Shown here one piece after another: positions 29,760-41,065 of a stretch of DNA of 64,000 nucleotides. This DNA is from Tubiluchus corallicola (taxonomy: Eukaryota > Animalia > Priapulida): NCBI GenBank assembly GCA_030141605.1, contig JAQGDQ010000192.1, positions 186,001-250,000 of the forward strand, given 5' to 3'. Made by a program: the position numbers and the translations under genes. The number at the start of each line of letters is the position of its first letter. The stretch's first letter is position 1. Below the pieces are notes generated by a model. It made no database searches, was not told the DNA's origin, and saw only the letters and a program-made list of their open reading frames with translations.

Positions 29760-29915
29760 AGGGGAGTTCAGCGATCAATTCTAGTTATGGAACGCTAGGC
29801 CTGGTTAATACGTAGATGGGTGGGAAATCGCCATCAGCATTCTTCTGAGCAATATCGTCTGCCATACCGCTTTTATGTAGTTTTATCTCTTTGAGGGAGG
29901 CTTTGCATGCATCAG
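29760..29915 (+). mobile_element. 5S rRNA-derived SINE, copy A
   Basis: GGCCTGGTTAATACGTAGATGGG (29798-29820) resembles the 5S internal promoter IE/box C. Downstream TCTCTTTGAGGGAGG is shared with the 48075 and 59445 copies. Confidence 0.6.
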
Positions 29916-30089
29916 AAGTAAAGATAGCATCTTTTGGATTATATACGGTCATCTTTGACAAAAATGATAGGTACTTGATGTATAGGTAGGTTCATGTACT
30001 ACCACAACTATAATCGTAACCAGTATGTTTTGTCTCTGAATACCACCTTGCTCTGCATCGAACGGCATAAAAAAGACAGTTAAGATTAT

Positions 30090-30540
30090 ATACTAGGTGT
30101 GGATTTATTGCTGTGTCTTACACTATCAGACTTTTAGCTTTGAATATGTTGTCATTAGAAGAGAGAGGAATTCATCATGTATTCCTAGAGTTTCCAGGGG
30201 CATCGCCACAAATTTTATGTAAATCGATCTGTACCGTCAGTAATTCAACATTATTTGCCAATAGAGTTGTCAAGTATTGGAATTCTCTTCCTGAACATGT
30301 AAATGGGTCTCCACTGGGAAATGCCGCCTCCAGTAAATTATTTATTCAAAGATAATGAAAATTGACATTTCAACACATTTGTATTTTTTGCTGACATATG
30401 TAAGTAGTAATTTTATTCTTTGTGTTTCTCCCGTATCCATTTTAATCTGTCTCGTTTATTATTGTATACATTTTGTTTTGTGCAGTGAATTTTTATCGTA
30501 TACATGGATACCTTAAAAAATAAAATAAAAATAAAAAAGT
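30090..30540 (+). mobile_element. CR1-group LINE 3' remnant
   Basis: SYTIRLLALNMLSLEER..FANRVVKYWNSLPEHV are ORF2 C-terminal motifs; ends in an A-rich (AAAAT)n tail. Confidence 0.8.
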
Positions 30541-30964
30541 TACAGTAGCGATTCTTGCGCATAATTGCATGTATAATTTTATTACGAGTTAGTCCCTAAA
30601 AAGAATTGGAAGAAGCACCAAGAATAAAAACAGTAAGCGCCCTATCCTGCAGCACAAAGCGGTGATTAAATTTTCAGATATGCATTAAAGATCTCCCATT
30701 ATCTCCACGTCTCGGCGCGTTAAAAGTTAAGTACTAGCTGACATTTTCTCCAGTCAATATTGCCAAACTATTTTCTCTAAATGACATACTTTTGATGCGA
30801 TTGTGAAAATTGTGTTAGCTTTTTCCAATGCAAACAGTTTGCAGGCGGTTTTAGCAAACTTAGCGAATATTGAATTTTATTAGCACTATACTAAAAACTC
30901 AAAGAAGAAGCTCTAATCAACGTAAACCAACGTTGCGCTCAATCTAAGGAATATTATTTGGACG

Positions 30965-31046
30965 ATAAAAAAATTAGCTAATATATAAGTTTAAGCAATT
31001 GCATATAAAAAATTAGCTAATATATAAGTTTAACCAATTGCATATA
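30965..31046. repeat. Local ~40-bp tandem duplication
   Basis: ATAAAAAATTAGCTAATATATAAGTTTAA(G/C)CAATTGCAT occurs twice. Confidence 0.9.
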
Positions 31047-31739
31047 TACCCTACAGGTCTACAAACTAAGTGTATATTAAATGTTACACGTGAAATGAAA
31101 TTGTGTACCAGGTGTAAGTCGTTTAACTTTACCGTGCGACAGAAATACCACCAGTTCCCAGTAAACTATATTATAGGATGCCAAATTGATATTAGTCACG
31201 TTGTGACATAGAACACGAAATAGTGATTTAAATTTAATGGTCGCTTAGCACTAATTAACTTCGTAGCCAAGCATATACCGTGACCACTAACCCCATTCGC
31301 CGTCCCCAAAAATGCAGATAAAATTAATTTTTCTTTGAACATATTATAGTGAAGCAATAGCCAATGAAATTTTTTTCGAGTTTGTCTACTTCAAAAATTT
31401 TTGTGAACAAACAACGCCCGTCGTATTGACACAATATGCAGAGCTACGCCAATCATAGTATATGTCAAAATAATATTATCAAATTGCTTAAATATTACAG
31501 AAAAAGACAAAGACACATGACAGATCGATCACTTGAAAAAGCTCACAGCAGAGACAGAAAGCTCACAAACTGGATATCTTTGCGGCTGACATTGTTTCAC
31601 TCTATTGAAACACGTTCCGAGTTATAAAGTAAAATATTTCAACATAAAAGACAAAAGGAAGAGCACTCATTTCGTGACTTCAAGATCCTCTTTTTGATGT
31701 GATGTGCCTAATTAAGAATTGAAAATTGAAAATCAATCG

Positions 31740-31930
31740 TTTCTTTATTTCTCCATGATCATGGTACCTAGAGTCACCAGCCTTGCAGGGTAGACACCTT
31801 GGGTAGGAGTTGAGGCAACGTTATAGTGACCCTTGATCTTAGGTCAAAGGGTCAAGTACAGTGAAAATCGGCCAGTTTTTCGATTACTACTCAAACATCT
31901 GAGTAAATGTGGTTCCAAAATCAAGTCGGC
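31740..31930 (+). mobile_element. Helentron/HINE-like interspersed repeat (GGTCAAAGGTCA family)
   Basis: CTAGAGTCACCAGCCTTGCAGGGTAGA..GGTCAAAGGGTCAAG..CAGTTTTTCGATT matches the reverse complement of ~55798-55922. Confidence 0.55.
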
Positions 31931-33176
31931 ACAGTTTTTCCACAGTCACCAGCAATTGTAGTTATGGTTGTATTGCACAATCTTAAGTTTTGAAAGGAAA
32001 CTGATGCAAGATGTTGTAAGTTTTTCACGTAATTATTAAAAATTTCAGGGTGCAAAAACACATTCCACTTATCACTTCCACCTGTGACACTATTATACAC
32101 GCATGCACTTTGAACAATCTCCATATCTGTAATATATATCTATAATAATTACGTTATCATTCTTGAAATACTTCAGTTTATTGCTTGATGATTGCAGGGT
32201 TACGATATAAACATGACATATTTATTGTACACGTGTCATTGTTGATGTAATAGATGACGTTACGCCTTAATTTATGAACATATTTTGCATAAACAATTTA
32301 CGAGTATTTTGTAACCACATTAGTGTTGTAAATCACATTTTTAAAAACGTTTATCAGTGCCACTGTAGATGCAGCGCTGTGACCAATTTAAATGTTGCAT
32401 GTTGCAAACGTTGATTATTGTGTTTAAAGCAAAATCAGACCCTATCTGAAACAGTATGTCAAAACAATCTACTCTTTAAAATATTGAACGGAAACATACT
32501 ATTTATCAAAAATGACTTACATGAAATACCACACAAACGCAAGATCACGTTCGCGCCACAAGTTCTTCGCAGTTACATGCATTTCACCATTCGCTAGTTA
32601 GACGGGCACTAGCGCCTGCATTTCGGAAATGCGTTGCACAAAAAAGATGCTGTACCTCTCAGTTCAGAGATGTTCGTTTGTGACATACTGCACACGTTTG
32701 ATAGCTCATGCTATCAAAATCTAAACATAGCTGCACAAGGAAGTAATGATCTGTTGACATGGGAAAAGATGAATTTATTTATGTTGTTAAATGTAAAATA
32801 TTCCAATGCGTACATGACTTTCTTTATATCATACTAAACGCTTACAGTCGTTTCTTTATATGAAATGCGTCAATCTTAAATATTCGTACATTAACATTTT
32901 TAACCGTCAATTTATTACTAATATCTAATGTAATGTTGTAACAAAACTTGTTAGCTAATGTAGGTATAGTCAATTCTTACTGTAAATGTTTTGTAAATAG
33001 TGTATACAGTTTGTTGTAGTGAGGATCCTAAATCATGTTTTAAATAGTCTGATCCAATCCCATAATAAATTATGTTTAAACCAATGTAGGGCTCCTACAG
33101 CAGCTACTAGGGAAAATATACTATTACATGTTTCAAAATATGAGAGAATGCCCTCCTAAGACTTGTCATCTTTAAC

Positions 33177-33390
33177 ATGAATAAAACATTGAATGCCCTT
33201 TGGCCTCATACCTGATTATTTATTTTCAGGAGCTTTCACCCTAATGGGCCTCATCGGCTGAATAAACTAGCACTGCTAACTCAGTCAGGTGAGTTATATG
33301 CAGCTAATGTGGCCTGTTAGGGCAATAATTAATCTCCTGAAATAAATAATCTATTCAGAGACCATAAAGGCCGTTCAACATTGTATTCAT
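33177..33390. repeat. ~215-bp imperfect palindrome; each arm carries a degenerate minimal hammerhead-ribozyme motif (Penelope pLTR-like)
   Basis: Left arm ATGAATAAAACATTGAA..GATTATTTATTTTCAGGAG..CCCTAATGGGCCTCATCGGCTG mirrors right arm CAGCTAATGTGGCCTGTTAGGG..CTCCTGAAAATAAATAATC..TTCAACATTGTATTCAT. Confidence 0.75.
33221..33266 (-). ncRNA. Degenerate type I minimal hammerhead ribozyme-like motif
   Basis: Minus strand reads UUCAG-CCGAUGA-GGCCC-AUUA-GGGU-GAA-AGCU-C-CUGAA: stem I, core with U4>C, stem II, GAAA, palindromic mini stem III and a UC cleavage site. Activity is doubtful. Confidence 0.5.
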
Positions 33391-33908
33391 AGTATATGTT
33401 ACATTGAGGTGTCATAACATTAATGTTTGTGTTTGTTATTACACATATTAGGACTGCGACATTGCACTTTTGTTGTGAAAATATTTTTAGAAAAATATTA
33501 TTCAAAGCATTTTTGGATAGTTCATGATATAAGAGAAAAAAATATCTTGGCAATGATATTAATGACAGTTTTTTTTAGAGTTGTGCTGACATTTATTTAT
33601 TTATTTAAACTTTATTTAAGCATCTATTTAAACTTTAGAGGTGTTTTTAGAAAACAATTGACACAGAAGTTTTTTATTCAGAAAATCTTGATTTAATTTT
33701 CAAAATTATGATGATGCTGTGATGACGATGGAATGCACTGAGATATATCAGATAAATTAAGCGTAAAGTAGTTAGTGAAGCTGCCAAGTCCATGGCCAGG
33801 CATTCTAGTTTACAGATATGCATTCACAGAATGAAACAGTCGAACAAACAAAATTATATAAAGTAAAGCAAACCAATGTTAGATTTTATATTTCAAAGTC
33901 AGAATTCA

Positions 33909-33914
33909 TTTATT
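33909..33914 (-). terminator. Candidate APIP polyadenylation signal AATAAA
   Basis: First minus-strand AATAAA seen after the APIP stop codon, ~115 nt downstream. Confidence 0.5.
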
Positions 33915-34027
33915 TAACTGATAAAAAAATCACTGCACATGATATTAATTGATAATAAAACAATGATATAAAACAAAATGATAACACGATTGGTGTTTAA
34001 CAATAACCTTTATGTTGATGAAATCGA

Positions 34028-37000
34028 TCACTGATTATTAGTCATTTTGTGATCATCCGAAACAAGATCAGTATTTGTTGGCGGTACACCTGGATCCAAT
34101 CCAACAGCTTTCATTTGGCATGCCAAATCAAGGAGGTAGTCATAACATTCAGCCCTAAAGGAAATGGGATGACTTGATAAAAGTTGGACAGAGTCTTGAC
34201 ATTACTTTCATGACAGGTTTGCATGGCTTAAACATGCTGAATAACAGCAAACATGAAAAGTGGCACTAAATATGCAAAATTATCAACAAATGTGCACAGG
34301 CTAAAAAAATAGTGTAGATGTTGAAATGTGTATTAAAACATTCTAATATTTTTGAAAAACTTCTTAATTTGGCAGCCTATTGAATGTGTTTTTACTGAGA
34401 CATCGAAACACATTGCACATTTATATTTACTGTAAGTTAATTATTTTCATTTCAAATTATTTGCAGATTATTTATACATCTGGAGGATTAAACAATAAGT
34501 TTCTACTCACATCGTTTTAGCATCTTGCCAAGTGTCACCCCAAACATAAATGCCATGTCTTCGGACTAGTACGGCACATGTTTCAGGATACTTGTGCATA
34601 ACCTTTTCCATGTCGCTCTGTAAATTGAACAGAAAAGGTTTTATTAACATACTATTTATTACAAAATTAGCAAAATTTCAAACTTCAAAACAACAGCACA
34701 TACCGTCAGGGAGAAAAAAGCAAATGGGCAATCATTACATGAACCACAGTGTAGCAACCAATTTTGGACACAGGTGTATATGCAACCATACATGTATTAT
34801 ATTAAATGTTGCAAAATGATTACAGATAAATGCATGCAGAAAGTTTGAAATCAGGCAAACAGATAAAATCAAAGATTGAAAATTCTTTGGGATTATAACA
34901 TTTTATAGATACGTACTACACCACAGATGCCCTGACATAACTGTACTCGAGAAATAAGACAAGAAAGAGGTATTCATAATTGACATAACAGCACCATGGG
35001 ATGTAAACATTAGTACTAAACATGTAAAGAAGGTTGAAAAATATAGTGATCTAACAGTTGAGGTAGGATGAATACTGCAAAAGCAAATTACTGTTGTACC
35101 AGTAATAGCAGTGTGCTCAGACGTAACGAGGGAATTCTAGAAAATGCACTCGAAAGATTAGCAACCACAGAGGAGTGAAAATGGCCGGAGGTACAGAAGT
35201 AAGCCATTTTGGGTTCAGCATACATCAGGAGACTCTATTGTAGACAAAGAGCTTAGAATCTTGGTTAGACTCCACTTTGTAAGTGATGACAAACCAACTG
35301 AGCTGTGAAATTATACAATAATAATGATGACGATGATCATAACAACTGCGAACATCATAAAAGATATAAGATATAAGAAGATCTTAGATCTTATATCTTC
35401 TATGATGTTCGCAATGGTTATAATTGGTCATCAGTATTTACTGAACCGAGAGAAATTGGTAATTAGAATGACTTAATTAATTATTTATTTAACTAGTTAT
35501 TTGATTGATTTATTTACTTTCTTATATGCTTTCTTATTCATTGGCTGCAAAACTCTGTCATTTACTCATTGGGAAGGTGAAAAATCCGGTTTCGTTATTG
35601 TCTGCGCAAAGATCAGTAGTATTTTCATGCAAACTTTCAGCCTCCTATGATGAAAACTGTAGCCTGTGATAGCTTTCAAAGATAAACGTGACAATAACAA
35701 TACCACGACCGACCACGACCAACACCAACAACAATGCCACCACCAACAATACCGACGACGATGACAGCAACAGCAGCAGCAGCAGCAGCAACAACAACAA
35801 CAATTAACTATGTTTATTAAAATTTTGCACACTATCCATATTTTGAGCTTTTAAAGAATCATCTGGTGTATTGTTTTCCTCTACTTCATTCTTCTTAACA
35901 ATGTGACAATTTTTTATAGTTTTGATATTTTCAGCTGCTCAGCAGAGGCTTAAAATATTAAGCAGAACACAAATTTAATGTTGTTTTTACTTGTTACTGT
36001 AAATTGATTTTTGCAGCTGCCACACTCAGCAATAGGCTGAATCAGTCATTCTTGAACACATCTTTTTATATTCAACAGATTGTCCTCGCTAGCATTGAGA
36101 ACACTGTCACTGAGTGTGTCAGCAAGCAGTGACTGTGTAAAAATGACAGAGACAGTGAAATTTGAGTGTCATTCAACTTCGATGATTTCAAGCACAGTTT
36201 CATTTTCATCAGTGCTGGCCATCAGTTTTATCAAATTTCATACATGAACAGACTGTAAGAATGAAAACTAATGACTCAGCTATAACAGCAACAGCAACAA
36301 CAGACAAACACCAAAGATTATTCACAGAAAACGCAAACAATAAAATAACAACAACGGAAAAGAACTAAAGTTGTGCACTGGGATTTGTTTGCAACAATGT
36401 TTGCGGCAACTTATGTAGGTGTGCCTACAAATAGAAAAGCAAAAGCAGCAGCGAATGTAAAATTACTAAATCTCTTCCTGAATATTACCACAGTATAATA
36501 ACACAATGAGGGAGAAATGCCAAATACAGGTGCAAATGTTGTTCACCTTTATATATCATATCATCATTGAAGTGAGACTTGCACTAAATACAGTAAATTG
36601 CTTACAGGAAATGAAAAGACATTGAGTTCATTATACTGCTATCACTGAAAACTTAAAAATTTGCAAAAGAAATTTACGAAAAAACTGCCTGCAGAGCATA
36701 AGGTTACTTTATACTACCACTGTATGGAAATTTTTAGGTGCTGTGGTAGCTGCCATCCACTTGAAAACTATGACATAACTGGTGGACTGTGACTTTTCAT
36801 AAGTGCATCGTGGCTTTCAGTAAGCGCGCGCTCCTTAAACTAGTTCAAACTTCTGCAGCTTACCTAATGTTCAGCCAAAATATCACAAAATTAGCTAATT
36901 TTTTTTTGTGGAACTTACGCCTTTGACGCAAATTGACAATGAGCTGTTTTTCTTCAGTCGATGAATGATGTCATTGGTGGAAGAAAGAACATTCAAAATG

Positions 37001-40000
37001 GAAGCACCCAAGCGCAAAATGATCGCAGCTTTATAAAGTGATTTTGTTAATCACACAAACTACTCATCCAACTTTTATTACTAATTCCTTCTAAAAATAT
37101 TTGCAAACATTGAAATAAGCCTAACTTCCCAGAAGGCTTGGCCTTTCGTTTAAATACGTAACCAATAATTTTATCTTAGTGGTATCTCCTAAAGACAATG
37201 CGAAACAAGGACTACACAGAAAAAAACCTAAACTTTGCTAGTAGTGAAGCTCTATGATCACAAGACAAATTTGCAAGAAACTTGACCTACTTGCAAATCT
37301 GCTTCTTCAGCCGTATTTTCAATGATAGGTATCCTAATGACGTCGTCATAGCGAAAGTGTCCACCCGACTTGTTCTTTTTGATTCCTTTTATCATTTCTA
37401 AATGCGTTAACTGAATTTCAGCACAGGGAAAGACTAAGGTCGCCATCACACAATGTTTTGAATGTGAATGTATAACAGCACCTGCATCTAAATATCGTAA
37501 ATCAAAATCAGTAACAACTCATAGGTACGATTGGTGCATACCTGGCCACCAGAACACAGTGAGAAGTACATCAGATTTCATCATTAATTATGTAATTTAT
37601 ATACAAATAAACAAAAGCAAAACTCAGATTATGAAGCAAATCAAAATGGCAAGACAAACCTGCTTTTAGAGTTCCTTTGCTTGTGTGTAATTCAAAAACA
37701 ATAACTACGTGAACCCCAACATTACCACAAACTCTATCAAATCCCCTAAGCAGTTTAAGTGACATGTCTGCTACTTAATCACTAGCAAAAACACCAAGTA
37801 CTTACTTCGAAGAGTATAAGCATTCATAAACAGTGGTGTGCATTGACTTTTCTTAAGTTTCTTTGCCGGAGGTGGTTCACTTATGTCTGTTCCATCCAAG
37901 GTTGATATGAAGAGGTCATCAGGCTGAAAAAGTTTTTTAATCTTTTTTTCAACAGTTGGTTTTGATCAAGCAAATCTGATTAAACATATTTTGCCAGCCA
38001 AAACAAGATACTGTAACAATCTACTTGCTAGTGTTTACGATATGCCATGTGCTTTACAATATTCAAAATTCAGAACTTGAGCCAAAAAAATAGTCTGGAC
38101 ATAAACATGCAAATACGAAACCTTTAGTAAAAATATTACTTAAAACTCTAATTAATGTATGACCAAAATTTTTAATTAAAATTTTCATATTTTATTCCCA
38201 CCTAGTCTTTTTTTGTGAGATCTACAGTAAGGCTGTAAGCATCAAATCATCATTCAATCAAATAAAAGCAAATTTTTTTAAGCAAACCTGTTATCGATGC
38301 TGCTGATTAGCAAGAAAATCAAATGCTGAGACAATTTCTGCAAATGCGAGTGCACAACAGCTACACTCATTGTACACAGATGAAGTGTTCATTATTTTAA
38401 CAGGAGAATCGATGCAATATACAATTTATTTATGCTCTCAAAGTGATATACACTTGAAAACGAAAAAGGGCAGTCTTGTGTGTTAGTTACGGTATTTGTT
38501 AATTATCGCATTGTTTTTATACATACATATCGTTACAAGTAATAAACATAGCTGAGCATGATATTAAATGAATAGTTCAATTTTACTGCAGTATTAAGCA
38601 CATAATTGAAAACTAGCAATATAACCTACCTGAATGCATTCTTTCTGGACACCTGAAGGTGCAATGAATATTTCACTTCTAGAATAAATGAAAACATTAA
38701 TGCTTATCAATTCAATTATAAATAAAAGAAATGAAAACACTTTATATTTTTTGTGTAAAGGTATAAAAAGTGTGTACACGAATAATGTACTAAAAGTCAA
38801 TTTACTTGTAATATTTATTGACACTAACACTATACTGCTGTGTAAACAAGTACCCTTCTGGAGTCTCTGTTACTGTGTTGATAGCTTACATACTTACCAG
38901 ATCTGATTGTGATGTAATCAGTTATTAAATACAAAGGGCTGAGAAAGTAAGAAAGTACCCTTTTGGAATTACAGCAGAAATTTAGATTTTAGGGCTATGT
39001 CACACATTTAATATGCATGTGTACAATTGCATAGATATCAGTATTGAAAACCACATTCAATTTCACAAAGAAATGGTTGAGAAGTAGTATTTTTGAAATT
39101 TTTGTGACTTGGTAACATCATTAGCACACATCAGTTATAATAGTCTCTCTACTTAACACGAATGAGTATAAACTGAATTAAAGTGGCAAAAGTTACGACA
39201 AAATGTTAACCGTGGTTTTTTTCAGAGGACAGAACAATAGGGATATTTAAGTACCACAAACAGTTTCTACTGTTGTACCAAAATTTAAATGGTCATTCAG
39301 CTCAGGGTTCCTGATTTGATTGGTTAGTCAATTCAAAGTCCTTGGTTCATTCCTTAGTATCGATCTCGACAAAGGAGGTATAGCTCAGCGGTAGGGTGCA
39401 CGCTTCCCACCTAGGAGGTTGTCATTCAATTCCAAGTGAGTCACGCCAAAAACTTAAAAAGGTACTGCTGGTTCTTTGATCAAGCTTGCAGCTTTATTGA
39501 AGTAACATGCGAGTAATAATAATAATAATAATAATAATTAAAATATGCAATAATAACAATAGCAGGGCCACCACCTAGGAAATAAACACAGAATTATTTG
39601 CCCTGGTCTAATTCCTAAAGAAGCTTATTATTAAGGTTCTCTATGTCTTAAGCTCAGTCTAAAATAATGGTAAAATTAACAACAGCAAACTTGATAATAA
39701 TATTCACGTTAAGGTTCTTCTTTACCTGGCATAAATTTAGGTAACAAACAAATGAAACTGTATACACACGCACCCTTGCCGAATACTTATGCCACCACCA
39801 GTTCCCGTAACCCATCCTTGCTTATAGAAATGTCTGCACAACTTTGGTATTAGATTTCGGGGATGCTCCTGAAACAATAAAGTGGCAATCAACTCTCTCC
39901 ACCCAATAAACTGAATAAAGGCAGACATTTATACTATGCAGGGCAAAGTCTCTTAATTCTCTTTCGCCGCTTTGATGTGTTTACTCATTTTTACCCTATA

Positions 40001-40715
40001 TTCTAAATTAGTGGTGAGTGCATGGCCTAACAGTCATGGCAGTCGGTAATGTTTGGCTGTCAGTGAGTGGATGGTGAGCTGCTCTAATTCTCGCTCTTGC
40101 CTGGCTCACTCGCCTGCTAACTCCATTTACTATGAGGATAGATAAGTGTATGCAAATCCGAACATGGCTAGGATGCTGTTGTCAATTCAGTGGTTCATCT
40201 TAGAGGCTCAGTCAATTTGTGTCTCAATTTCAATTTATTTATCTATTTAGATACATGTGACAATAGAACATTATTAATAACAGAATCCATAGTAAGTTGT
40301 GAAGAATGGTTACAGTAGATAAATATAAAACTAGAGAAAGGGTAGCGAGAAAGAAGAAAACGACTAGTCGTGATAATGAGTCAGGTCCCGGTGTCGCCGT
40401 GATCAGGACTTGTCGGTAAGTGATGGATACCAGTTGTAGAATATCGAATTGTATAAAAAATTCCATGCATTTGAAGTTTCTAAATCACCTGAAGGAAGAA
40501 TTGCATCAATAACATTATTATTATTCTTTGTTTGTGATGTTTATAATCAAAACAAAGCATAAAGTACGTTATAAAAATTAGACAAATAAAGCACATAAAT
40601 TATGACGGAATAGCAATTACACACAACTCAGGTACATCCTTGGTACCAAATACCAATCCTTACCAACAAACTTGTTTAATAAACACCATTTTACCTGTGG
40701 TAGCTTAGCATCCAT
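34028..40715 (-). CDS. APIP: Methylthioribulose-1-phosphate dehydratase (APAF1-interacting protein / MtnB), 7 coding exons, 237 aa
   Basis: Exons (minus): 40715-40695 MDAKLPQ; 39868-39774 [32 protein letters not shown]; 38678-38630 [16 protein letters not shown]; 37923-37806 [24 protein letters not shown]; 37487-37291 [34 protein letters not shown]; 34617-34511 [28 protein letters not shown]; 34154-34028 [14 protein letters not shown]. All introns are GT-AG, phases are consistent, total 714 nt. The Zn ligands (HxH, RRHG), catalytic Glu (EMIKG) and SQC Cys of the class II aldolase-like MtnB family are present. The 21-nt exon 1 is the least certain. Confidence 0.96.
34720..35335 (+). mobile_element. 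R4/Dong-like (restriction-like endonuclease) non-LTR retrotransposon 3' remnant in APIP intron 5
   Basis: Disrupted frame [65 protein letters not shown] is the PD..D..K.KY RLE domain. It ends in an (AAT/GAT)n tail. Confidence 0.82.
35339..35421. repeat. Near-perfect inverted repeat (hairpin)
   Basis: TGCGAACATCATAAAAGATATAAGATATAAG / CTTAGATCTTATATCTTCTATGATGTTCGCA: about 31-bp arms, 2 mismatches, tiny loop. Confidence 0.85.
39374..39540 (+). mobile_element. tRNA-derived SINE (family B) in APIP intron 2
   Basis: A box TAGCTCAGCGG, degenerate B box TTCAATTCC, body GAGTCACGCCAAAAACTTAAAAAGGTACT, and an (AAT)n tract. It does not fold as an intact tRNA. Confidence 0.7.
40222..40480 (-). mobile_element. 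LINE 3'-end fragment in APIP intron 1
   Basis: Minus-strand SNAWNFL remnant, UTR, AATAAA and (TTGAAA)-type tail; homologous to 41428-41560. Confidence 0.6.
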
Positions 40716-41065
40716 AATATTATCTTAACGAGCGAGTTATCTATAATAGTTAAGTATAATTATAACAACTTTCATTACAACCCAAAAATGTACGGCACAG
40801 GTATCGTGCCAGGAGACAGGAATCTCATGTTATGGTTATACTGTACGTACAGTAACTTTTTACCAGACACCAACAAGTGATAACATTTTATTTATTATAA
40901 AATAGTTATTTGAAAATCAATATGGAAATGTTTTTGAACTAAGCTAATTACTATGCTTTCTATATTTCCCTATCGTAAGTTAGTAATTTAAATTTTTGCT
41001 TTAGCGCAACAACCTTCTGTCTGTTCTGTATCTATTGCCTGGCTGACCCTGGCAGTTTGGCAAAC
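40716..41065. promoter_or_regulatory. Putative shared bidirectional promoter of APIP and PDHX
   Basis: 350 bp lie between the divergent ATGs. The interval contains a perfect 16-bp palindrome TACTGTACGTACAGTA (40839-40854), and a YY1/Kozak-like AAACATGGCG overlaps the PDHX start. Transcription start sites are not visible. Confidence 0.7.

Noticed and set aside
29790-29830. Possible 5S rRNA gene
   Set aside because: Only a diverged internal-promoter segment, embedded in a repeat body shared with other SINE copies.
35990-36260. Possible extra APIP exon or Cys-rich ORF in intron 5
   Set aside because: Stops in the frames checked, and APIP is complete without it.
39374-39445. Possible tRNA gene
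   Set aside because: T-arm/B box is degenerate and there is no acceptor stem; it continues into a SINE body.
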